DNA of 28,047 nucleotides, taken from positions 1 through 28,047 of the forward strand of contig CAZKWM010000002.1 of NCBI GenBank assembly GCA_964556405.1, written 5' to 3'. The position numbers and the translations under genes were made by a program. The notes below the pieces were generated by a model that made no database searches, was not told where the DNA came from, and saw only the letters and a program-made list of their open reading frames with translations. Positions 7,834 to 15,767 of the stretch are shown piece by piece (within the stretch, counting starts at the first letter, position 1; each line of letters begins with the position of its first letter). The DNA comes from an uncultured Methanotrichaceae archaeon (GTDB lineage: Archaea; Halobacteriota; Methanosarcinia; Methanotrichales; Methanotrichaceae).

Positions 7834-8340
7834 ATGAAACTGAAGATAATGATCACTGGCCACAAGGTCCATGACGTAGGCTACAGATACCACCTGCTAG
7901 GCTTGGCTAGAAGCAGCAAGCTGAAAGGATTCGATGCCGAAAATCAGATAGCGGATGTAAAGCAACATGTCGAAGTCCTGGTGGAGGGCGGTGATGCGGC
8001 GATCAGAAAATTTGGGGATATCATCCAGATCTTCAGGACTCCAGGCGCTGAGATATCAGATATTTCCTTATCCTCCTATAAGAAATGGGCAATGAAGTTA
8101 GCGGAATACAGTGGCTGGTGTACCAATATCCAGCTAAATATGGGCATACAGGCTATCTTAGATAGCAATAAGATCATAGAGCGTGTGGATAGCTGCCAAG
8201 AAGATACCATCAAGGCAGTGCAGGAAAATTGGGCCTTCTTTGCCTTCTACTCAACCATGCTCATCCTTATGGCCTTTATTGCCTTTGCAATCATTTTTAC
8301 GGCTATAGGCACAGATTTTGACCTTGATTTCGCCAGATAG
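7834..8340 (+). CDS. Acylphosphatase-like domain protein with a C-terminal extension
   Basis: ITGHKVHDVGYR resembles the acylphosphatase V.GVGFR motif, with a downstream Asn (DAEN). The start was taken at ATG 7834. The C-terminus ends in a hydrophobic stretch. Confidence 0.7.
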   Translation: MKLKIMITGHKVHDVGYRYHLLGLARSSKLKGFDAENQIADVKQHVEVLVEGGDAAIRKFGDIIQIFRTPGAEISDISLSSYKKWAMKLAEYSGWCTNIQLNMGIQAILDSNKIIERVDSCQEDTIKAVQENWAFFAFYSTMLILMAFIAFAIIFTAIGTDFDLDFAR

Positions 8341-8404
8341 GAGGCTCGGAGGACCTCCCTGCCCCAGGGAAAAGGGCTTTAACCAGGCCATAGATCTCAT
8401 AATT

Positions 8405-9667
8405 ATGAGCTTTAGGGGTTTCCTGGAGGAGTTGAGATCTAAGGCCCTTTTAGAGGAGGTGCACAATGCCGCCTCTTCCAATTTAGAGGTAGCCCAGGTG
8501 TCCTGGAAGGCAAGGCCCATCCTTTTTCACGACGTAGATGGCCAAAAAAAGTGCTGCCTTAACATAATTGGCACCAGACACCTCCTGGCCATGGCTCTGG
8601 GGGTCGAGGCTACCAAACTGACCAGGTACCTGGCGGGCATCAGCTACCAGGGCCAGGTTGTAGAGGTGGAGTCATCGCCCGTCCAGGAGATAGAAGGGAT
8701 GCCAGATCTCTCAAGGCTTCCCATACTGACTTACTTCCAGGGCGACGGAGGGCCGTACATCACCGCGGGAGTGGTGACGACCAGCTACCAGGGCCACCTC
8801 AACGCCTGCGTTCACAGGCTCCTGGTCCTGGGAAAGGACAGGCTAGCGGCAAGGCTCGTGCCCGGCAGGCACACCCACCAGCTCTACCAGAAGGCCATGG
8901 AGGCGGGCGAGGAATTGCCCATAGCAATATCCATAGGCGTAGATCCTGCGATCCTCATAGCCGCCAGCACCAGGGTGCCTCCGGAGATGGAGTACCAGTA
9001 CGCAAGCGCCCTCAGAGGAGGTCCTGTGGAGGTCGTGCGTCTAGAGAACGACGTTCCAGTGCCACACGCGGAAGTCGTCCTGGAGGGGTACATCACCACC
9101 GAGAGATCTGATGAAGGCCCCTTCGTGGACATCACCGGCACCCGGGACCTGGTGAGAAAGGAGCCCGTCATCCGCCTGACCAAGATGATGACCAGAGAGG
9201 ACCCCATCTACCACGGCATAATGCCAGCGGGCGGAGAGCACAAGATGCTCATGGGAGTGCCCTACGAGCCCCTCATCTTCAGGGAGGCCTCCAAGGTAGC
9301 CAGGATCAAAGACGTCATATTAACTGATGGGGGGTGCAATTACTTCCATGCCGTGGTGCAGATAGAGAAAAAGTCCGAGGATGAGCCGAGAAAGGTCATA
9401 GAGGCTGCCATTAAAGCCCACGGATCTTTGAAGCACGTGCTGGTAGTGGATGAGGACATCGACATCTACGATCCCAGGGACCTGGAGTACGCAGTTGCCA
9501 CCAGGGTTAGAGCTGATGAAGATGCCATACTGTACCCCGGAGTCCGGGGTAGCACTCTTGATCCAAGGAGCGTTAACGGCATTACCACAAAGGTGGGATT
9601 GGACGCCACAGCCAAGCTCGACAAGCTCTGGAAGTTCCAGAGGGTGATGCCCGGAGGTAGGCCTTAA
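8405..9667 (+). CDS. ubiD: UbiD-family prFMN-dependent decarboxylase (likely the archaeal mevalonate-pathway anhydromevalonate-phosphate decarboxylase)
   Basis: DGGPYITAG, EGPFVDITG, HLKHV-like GSLKHVLVVDEDIDI and GSTLDP...TTKVGLDAT; about 420 aa from ATG 8405. The pathway assignment is inferred from knowledge of Methanosarcinales UbiD homologues. Confidence 0.88.
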   Translation: MSFRGFLEELRSKALLEEVHNAASSNLEVAQVSWKARPILFHDVDGQKKCCLNIIGTRHLLAMALGVEATKLTRYLAGISYQGQVVEVESSPVQEIEGMPDLSRLPILTYFQGDGGPYITAGVVTTSYQGHLNACVHRLLVLGKDRLAARLVPGRHTHQLYQKAMEAGEELPIAISIGVDPAILIAASTRVPPEMEYQYASALRGGPVEVVRLENDVPVPHAEVVLEGYITTERSDEGPFVDITGTRDLVRKEPVIRLTKMMTREDPIYHGIMPAGGEHKMLMGVPYEPLIFREASKVARIKDVILTDGGCNYFHAVVQIEKKSEDEPRKVIEAAIKAHGSLKHVLVVDEDIDIYDPRDLEYAVATRVRADEDAILYPGVRGSTLDPRSVNGITTKVGLDATAKLDKLWKFQRVMPGGRP

Positions 9668-9758
9668 GTTCAGAGTTCTATAAAGGAGGCCTGCGCTATT
9701 ACCCCCAGCTACACCTGCAAAATTATTTATGGCTTAAGCCTTTACATCATACCATTTT

Positions 9759-10101
9759 ATGCTGAAGATTCTACAAGGAAGGGAGCTCTGCACAGGCTCC
9801 TGAAATTCTGTCTGGTGGGCACCATGGGGGTCATAGTCAACATGGGTCTACTGTGGCTGCTGACCGATCTTGTAGGCATTCAATATCTGATATATCTTCA
9901 GCCTTGGCCATTGAGGCGTCGGTGGTGTCCAACTTCCTTATCAACGACTCCTGGACCATTAACGATGTGGAGACCTTGAGCGCATTTCCCATACGGCTTT
10001 TGAATATGAACGCCGCCTATGGCGCAGGTATAGGCATAGCCTGTGCCACCCTTCTCAACTTCGCCATGGCCAAGAACTTTGTCTGGAGGTCCTGCCCTTG
10101 A
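9759..10101 (+). pseudogene. gtrA: GtrA-family membrane protein, frameshifted
   Basis: Stitched frames read HRLLKFCLVGTMGVIVNMGLLWLLTD...SALAIEASVVSNFLINDSWT...NFAMAKNFVW. Frameshifts occur at CTCT (~9786) and ATATAT (~9890). Confidence 0.82.
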
Positions 10102-10290
10102 GATTGTCGGTGATCATCCCTGCCTAAAATGAACGCCCTAACCTGGATCGCCTGGTGAGGGAAATATCCTCAGCCCTGGAAGGACAATGCGATGATTACA
10201 ACACATTCTTCATCTACGAAGGCAATGATGGCGGAGAAAAGATTTTACAGAACATGGCTAAAGACCTGGGCTTCTGCTCTATCGCACGGC
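10098..10290 (+). pseudogene. GT2 (GtrB/Dol-P-sugar synthase-like) glycosyltransferase N-terminal remnant
   Basis: The TTG start overlaps the gtrA stop (TTGA), with GGAGG upstream. It reads LSVIIPA*NERPNL, with TAA (10125-10127) replacing Tyr in the IPAYNE motif, and is truncated after about 60 codons. Confidence 0.8.
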
Positions 10291-10309
10291 CGGTATTAAA
10301 GAGAGAGAA

Positions 10310-11251
10310 TATACCCTTATCCTTTGGGTGCTGAATCCCATAATGCACTACATATTCTTCATGTGGGGGCAGATAGATATAATCCCCTCATTCTTCACTG
10401 CCATGGCCACGTAATGTGCCAAAAAGGGCCTAGATGAGGGCCCTCTAAATCCTTCATTAAATTGAGCAAACTCCTTAGAATCTTCTTTGAATCAGAGCAA
10501 GGCCTTATCTCTGCTCGCCCTGGGCCTGGGCGACTGCTTCAAAAAATTCCAGCTTTTCCTCCTTCCCATCTTCGCTATGGGACTTGAGGGGAACCACATA
10601 TCAAATCTCATAAAGCTGATGGTAATAGGGTCCTTTCCTTTCGTCGCCATCATGCTCCTCTTTCTAGTCACTGAGGCCCTCCGCACGACGGCCCTCATTT
10701 CGAATCAGAACCAGAGAATTTTCTACCTTTCGTTGGATGTGGCACCAAACCACAGTGCTTATACCTTCCTCTTAGGCCTCTCTGCTTCCTACTTTTACGT
10801 GATGTACTTGAGCCAGGAGAGATCCTTCGATAGCATATGAAAGCATTCTTTAGCGGTTTTTGCCATCTTCTACTCCACTACGTTCTGGCATCCTCAGTGG
10901 TATCTCTGGTCCCTCCCCTTCCTGGTCCTTGCTATATCTAAAGATAGGAGGCTAATGGTCATCCATATGCTTATAGTAGCCTCCGTCTTCGCCTACATCC
11001 AGGAATGGGGTAATCCTCTTACTGCGGTTCTCTTTTACTCAGCCTCCCCCATCTTTAGAGATTTTCCATGGATCCTGGAGATAATACCCGGGCATACGAA
11101 AGTCCTGGGAGTAGTGGCCTACACCGGCTTCATAGTCTTATCCCTGGGCATGATCTTACCTGTATCTTTAAGGGAGACGAAGGCCTGGAGAACGATAAAA
11201 GATCCCTACCTGAGGAGAGGTCTTCGCTGGATAAAAGGCCGATATTTATAG
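10310..11251 (+). pseudogene. GT-C fold (GT87/DUF2029-like) polytopic glycosyltransferase, fragmented
   Basis: LWVLNPIMHYIFFMWGQIDIIPSFF and FWHPQWYLWSLPFL motifs plus many hydrophobic segments, interrupted by stops and frameshifts; the N-terminus is missing. Confidence 0.68.
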
Positions 11252-11484
11252 TACTGGAGCTGTCTGCACCCTTGAGGATATTCTTTGCTATGATGGCTGC
11301 ATCATTTCTTATCGACTGCAGCAGCTATTACAGCATAGAGCTGAGCGATATAAACAATCCTTTTTTACAGGCAGTAAGGGGAGATGAGATCTTCTTTGTC
11401 CTCTATGCCGTCATGCTGCTGAGCCTAATCTCCCTGGCAGTCGTAGTTCTTCTCTACGTCCTAAAGATGGAAGGAGGGTATTGA
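11227..11484 (+). CDS. Small membrane protein (start uncertain)
   Basis: Two hydrophobic segments lie in the 3' part of ORF 11068-11484. The 5' part overlaps the GT-C frame and is probably not coding. Confidence 0.4.
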   Translation: MDKRPIFIVLELSAPLRIFFAMMAASFLIDCSSYYSIELSDINNPFLQAVRGDEIFFVLYAVMLLSLISLAVVVLLYVLKMEGGY

Positions 11485-11563
11485 AATAATCTTTTACTTA
11501 AAGTTTTAATGCTAAAAAAACATAGGGTATAGGTGGAAAGCAGAAGGCGTAAGGTGGATCTTC

Positions 11564-12100
11564 GTGGCAAACGTACAGGATAATCGGTGTGCTGGTAACA
11601 TCAACAGCCTGGCCGACATCAGGATCTCCAGGAGGGATCTAGTAAGGCTGCACGATCACTTGAGCTACCTCCAGAACGGCTTAAAGGAGATGGGTACCGA
11701 TATCTCTGATATTCAGAAAAGGATTTATAAGCTCTCCAGGGACGCCGATAGATTGGGAACCCTCTTCGACTCCCTCTTCGGGGATCAGATAAGCTCAGTG
11801 ATAGGCGGGGGAACGATCATCTCTTCACCATGTCTCTCGGCCGAGGAGAAGCTTTTGGATGCCATGGACTCGGAGCTCATAACCCTCGGGCCGGACAGGC
11901 AAACCTGGAAGCAGATGCTCTCAACCATCGATATAATAAGGCGGGTAGAAGAGGAGTTTGGTGGGATTGCGCCTAGAGAGGAGGTTTTGGCCCAAACGGC
12001 CGAGATCCATATCAGTTCAGATAAGCTCGATCAGATTCTAAATACGCTCAAGAAATCCGGAGCCCTGGCTGAGTCCGAAGATGCCGTCAGGCTCATCTGA
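11564..12100 (+). CDS. Coiled-coil protein with an MCM-C-terminal-like winged-helix domain
   Basis: Intact 178 aa with a GTG start after AGGTGG. The N-terminus has a heptad pattern. The C-terminal IDIIRRVEEEFGGIAPREEVLAQ...SDKLDQILNTLKKSG...VRLI resembles archaeal MCM C-termini. Confidence 0.7.
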   Translation: MANVQDNRCAGNINSLADIRISRRDLVRLHDHLSYLQNGLKEMGTDISDIQKRIYKLSRDADRLGTLFDSLFGDQISSVIGGGTIISSPCLSAEEKLLDAMDSELITLGPDRQTWKQMLSTIDIIRRVEEEFGGIAPREEVLAQTAEIHISSDKLDQILNTLKKSGALAESEDAVRLI

Positions 12101-12110
12101 TTTTTTCTTT
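12101..12110 (+). terminator. Oligo-T archaeal terminator
   Basis: TTTTTTCTTT directly follows the stop at 12100. Confidence 0.5.
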
Positions 12111-12259
12111 ATCCTCTGGCGCTGAATGGGCGAAACAATAAACGCCAATTATAAAGGTACAATCGCGCCAAGAAGCTCCCTTAATATCGGTGATTGATCA
12201 ATTCATCCCATGGAATCCATTTATGCTTTTGTGACTCTGTGGTTTTCCTTTGTATTCCA

Positions 12260-12281
12260 ATATATATATATATATATATAT
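12260..12281. repeat. (AT)11 microsatellite
   Basis: Perfect alternating A/T run, read directly. Confidence 0.95.
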
Positions 12282-12291
12282 TCTTGAACTC

Positions 12292-12466
12292 TCAGATCTC
12301 CAGGTACATGCGCACGCTGTATAGAGTGGCCAGCACCAGCACCAGGCCAGCCCCCAGAGCCAAAAGCTGGAATACCAGATCGCTCAACCCGATCGCCTCC
12401 CGGATAACATATCTTTTAAATATACCTTTTAAAGGAATCGCCTGGTAACTCCAGCTTTAGCATCAT
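12292..12466 (-). pseudogene. Small single-TM membrane protein frameshifted by a 13-bp duplication
   Basis: MMLKLELPGDSFKRY joins VIREAIGLSDLVFQLLALGAGLVLVLATLYSVRMYLEI* if the imperfect repeat at 12408-12420/12421-12433 is collapsed. Confidence 0.45.
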
Positions 12467-13030
12467 CAGCTTTGACACTATAATTCCTGATCACATCACA
12501 TGGTCCCAGGACCTGGGCCGACCGAACCTCGGTGATGATGGCCATCATCCTCACCTTGCCCTCAAAGTCTTCCCTGATCCTGGGCCCCCCATATCCCATT
12601 GGCTTTCTCATCCAGCTCCTGGGTCAGTGCCCCGGCCAGGGCAGCGGCGCCCTTGAGGGTGGGGTCAAGCCCTCCGATTATGTGGAGAAGGCATCCCTTA
12701 GTGCCCCCTGTAGTCGATGTCCAGAAGAGGATTTTGCTTGATAGCCGAGCGAACGATCTCCTCAGGAGGCTCATACAAACAGCCCTCCCCGACTATCATA
12801 AAGGAGGGGCCTCCCGAGCTCATGATGGCCCTCACATAGGCGTAGTCCAGGTTGATGATGGAGGGCACGGTTATGGTCTCCATAACCCCTTTTATGATCC
12901 CGGTTATGAGCTGATCCACCACCGAGAAGGCGTGCTCCACGGGGAGGTTCGGCACCAGATCCAAGAGCCTGTTGTTATCTATGACGAGGCGGGTGTCGGC
13001 CTCGGCCATTGCCAGGTGCCGGCAGCCGGT
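12429..13030 (-). pseudogene. ftsZ: FtsZ (FtsZ2-type) C-terminal half; 5' half lost, frameshifted
   Basis: EADT.LVIDNNRLLDLVPNLP, ITVPSIINLDYAYVRAIM, NPLLDIDYRG, GCLLHIIGG and IWGARIREDFEGKVRMMAIIT are spread across three frames. The GGGTG signature region is missing. Confidence 0.9.
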
Positions 13031-13034
13031 GTTG

Positions 13035-13070
13035 ATTCCAATCCCCAATGGGTTTTCGATAACTGTTGGC
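13035..13070 (+). CRISPR. Single putative type I-D-like CRISPR repeat (no array)
   Basis: ATTCCAATCCCCAATGGGTTTTCGATAACTGTTGGC resembles GTTTCAATCCC-N4-GGGTTTTC type I-D repeats of methanogens and haloarchaea (recalled from memory). No second copy was found in the window. Confidence 0.45.
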
Positions 13071-13120
13071 GTCAACTACCCCGCCCTAAAGGCCGGGGAC
13101 CCCGGCGCTGACTGTTAAGT
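13071..13120. mobile_element. IS200/IS605-family end (omega-RNA/HEARO-type terminal hairpin), no transposase or nuclease ORF
   Basis: GTCAACTACCCCGCCCTAAAGGCCGGGG has a TAAA-loop hairpin, and GTCAAC can pair imperfectly with GCTGAC at 13107-13112. On the minus strand it reads CTTTAGGGCGGGGTAGTTGAC, the typical IS605/IS1341 terminus. Confidence 0.7.
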
Positions 13121-13213
13121 TGATTAAAGAATGTTTGGAATTGGAAGAGTACGAAATGTTGTATGCTTGCGCAATTCTGAAGCATCATGATGCAAAAATG
13201 AAGAGGAAGTCTG

Positions 13214-13712
13214 ATGAGTGACGAAAATTTCGACCCAATGGAAGAGAGCCTTCGAAAGATATCGAGGGCTCCAAGTCTTAGCCCAGAACAATCGAACGCC
13301 ATAGATTTACTAATTCTCGGAAAAACTGATCGTGAAGTTTCCGAATTAGTTGGGTTTTGTCTGTAAACAGTCACAAAATAGCACAAAAATCTGTTTTTCC
13401 CCCCCCCACGCCGAATTGAACCTGAAAAGAGATGATTTATGGGACGATGCAAAGATCAGATTAGAGACTTTAGCGAATGAAGCAGTGATCGTCCTATCCC
13501 AAGGCCTTCACAGCGAAGACCAACAAATAGCTGTCCTCACTGCTACCAATATCCTTAAATGTGTCGGCCTCTACGATTCAGGAAATGGGATCTATGCCAA
13601 TCGTCCCAAGACTCCTGAAGAGGTGGTCTGTAGTCAAATGGTAGATTTGGGCTCTAATTGTTATATAGGAGTTAGGCCTGACGCATTCTCCGATCTTCAG
13701 CTAGAGAAATAG
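13214..13712 (+). pseudogene. Phage/integrated-element-type HTH protein (phBC6A51-like), disrupted
   Basis: LSPEQSNAIDLLILGKTDREVSELVG..TVTK*HKN..AELNLKRDDLWDDAKIRL. It has stops at 13364 and 13379 and a frameshift at a C9 run (13399-13407). Confidence 0.6.
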
Positions 13713-13968
13713 ACAGAGGTGGCGGGGCAAGATTTAGCAACAAAATGAATATTTTTTGAGTACGAAAAAGCTGTGATGGAGCAATAAAAGGGGCTTAAGC
13801 AGTACAAAAAGAAAATTAAAGGATTAAAATCTAGCGACATAGAGCCCGTGCCTATAGTCATCGAGCCCGTGTAGTGCGTTTTAATTAGACATCGTTCTTG
13901 GGATCAGAGAGGAGTAGTTAGCCACTGGCAGAGAACGAGTCTTTAAATTGATTATAGAGGCTTGAATT

Positions 13969-14430
13969 ATGTTAGGAGATAAACTAGATGCTGCATACGA
14001 GATAGGCCATATGATAAAAGTTGTTGAGCTCGGCCACTTCTTTATGGGCGTTGAGTTGACTGATAACGGTGGCGGCGGAACCCGCTACGATGCCCAACAC
14101 ATTGGTGACCCCATACCGGTCTTAGATGAGATCCGGATAATCCTCGCTGGATACGTCGGTCAGTGCCATGGTCAGGGGACCGCCCCGACCATGGAGGGGT
14201 TCGAAAAGGACCCTAACTGCTTTGAGGATAAGGAGCTATCTCTATGAGTTCCTGGATGAATACTATGATCAGTTCGTGCCTTACATGGCCTCTAAACTCG
14301 CGAAGTACAGCAAGGATCTGGACGGTCCCTTTGAGCTCCTATTTGACGTATTCACAGGCGCGTTGATTGAGCGCCGGAAGTTCTACGGTGATCCTTTAAC
14401 TCATGATTTTTTTACGCAGCCTGGCAGGGC
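13969..14430 (+). pseudogene. Small M41/FtsH-protease-like remnant
   Basis: AAYEIGH is an AYHExGH motif lacking the first His. GGGGT and IILAGYVG segments follow, and after a frameshift near 14240 the sequence LIERRKFYGD resembles the M41 tail. TATA and AGAGG lie upstream of the ATG. Confidence 0.45.
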
Positions 14431-14488
14431 CCGGCCTTTGGGCGCAAAGGAGAAATCCTCATCTTTTCAAGGTGCTAAGGGGATAGAA

Positions 14489-15199
14489 TTGAACCTTGAA
14501 GAAATATCTGACGCCTTAAAGACGTCCCTTCATCTCAGGGATAGCCCTGTGGGCGTAGCTCTGTTCAAGCGCGAGGAAGATATACCCAAAGATATTGGGA
14601 TCGCTGAGAGGCCTTTTAACTACTGCCAGATGATACAGGAGGCGAGGATCAAGGGCGAGAGCTTCCTGGCCCACGCCGACTACCACAAGTGTAAGGGCGG
14701 GGCCTCTGGCCTGGGCCTCCTGGAGTGCCCTGAGAACATATCCTCGGGCAACCTATACTTCGAGAAGCTTCACAAGTGCGCGACCAGGGAGGCCGGCGCT
14801 CGGATCGCAGGCAACATGCCCAGGATTCAGGCAGGGTCCACCGTAGCCACCTATGTGGCTCCCTTGAACAAGATGGTGAAAAATCCCGATGTAGTAATAA
14901 TAGTTGGGACGCCCCTCACCGCTAGGAGGGTCGTACAGGCCGAGATGTACACCCGCGGCGGCAGGGCGAACATAAGTACTGCAGGCATCCAGTCCTTCTG
15001 CGTTGACGCTACAGCCGTTCCTTACATCAAAGGCGAGGTCAATGTGTCCATGGGCTGCGATGGATCTGCCAGGAACGCCGATCTGGAGGGCGAGAGCGTT
15101 GTAATCGGCATTCCCTTCGGCATTCTCCAGGAGATCACCCCTATTCTCAAGGAACATTACGAGGGCTGGGACGCCTTCATGAGGACCAAGCCCACCTAA
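14489..15199 (+). CDS. DUF169-family protein
   Basis: LRDSPVGV, YCQMIQEAR, CKGGASGLGL, PDVVIIVGTP, QSFCVDATAVP and SMGCDGSAR. Probable TTG start at 14489 within the longer ORF 14168-15199. Confidence 0.82.
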   Translation: MNLEEISDALKTSLHLRDSPVGVALFKREEDIPKDIGIAERPFNYCQMIQEARIKGESFLAHADYHKCKGGASGLGLLECPENISSGNLYFEKLHKCATREAGARIAGNMPRIQAGSTVATYVAPLNKMVKNPDVVIIVGTPLTARRVVQAEMYTRGGRANISTAGIQSFCVDATAVPYIKGEVNVSMGCDGSARNADLEGESVVIGIPFGILQEITPILKEHYEGWDAFMRTKPT

Positions 15200-15299
15200 A
15201 GACCGAATGTAATAATAGCGCCTTTTTACGGCACCCTTCCAACAAATTTTTTGCTTTAAACCGGAATAAATCAGCGGTATAAATCAATCGGGAGGTTTT

Positions 15300-15767
15300 G
15301 TGTTCGATAGGATTTTAGTGGCCACAGATGGCTCTGAGCACAGCGAGGGAGCAGCCAAGTTTGCTGTAGATCTAGCCAGGCTCCCCACAGGAAAAGTTAC
15401 GGCTCTCTACGTTGCCGATACTGCCAAGTACTTCACCTCCGCAGGAGAGGTAACTTTCAATATAGCCGATGAGATCATAGGCCGCGTCAGAAGCGCGACC
15501 CTGGAAGAAGGCGATAAGGCCACACGTCGAGTAGAAGAGATTGGTAAGGCCGCTGGGGTGGAGGTGGAGAGAAAGGTGGTAGAAGGAAACCCCGCCAAGG
15601 AGATCCTTAAAGCTGCGGAGGATATGCACGCAGAGGTCATAGCCATTGGAAGCATAGGCCGCACGGGTATAGAGGAGTTTCTCCTGGGAAGCGTGGCCGA
15701 GAAGGTGGTCAGGAACTCCAAGGTACCTGTCCTGGTGGTGCGCAAGGACGGGTCTCAAGGATCTTAA
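15300..15767 (+). CDS. uspA: Universal stress protein
   Basis: ILVATDGSEHS...IAIGSIGRTGIEEFLLGSVAEKVVRNSKVPVLVV; GGAGG RBS and TATAAA upstream. Confidence 0.95.
   Translation: MFDRILVATDGSEHSEGAAKFAVDLARLPTGKVTALYVADTAKYFTSAGEVTFNIADEIIGRVRSATLEEGDKATRRVEEIGKAAGVEVERKVVEGNPAKEILKAAEDMHAEVIAIGSIGRTGIEEFLLGSVAEKVVRNSKVPVLVVRKDGSQGS

Noticed and set aside
12194-12448. ORF containing IYIYIYI
   Set aside because: It is a translation artefact of the (AT)11 microsatellite and is antisense to the small membrane ORF.
13035-13120. A CRISPR array
   Set aside because: Only one repeat-like unit was found, with no second copy at spacer distance or elsewhere in the window.
14168-15199. 343-aa ORF as a single genuine protein
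   Set aside because: DUF169 similarity begins only near 14489. The upstream part is the shifted tail of the M41-like remnant plus linker.
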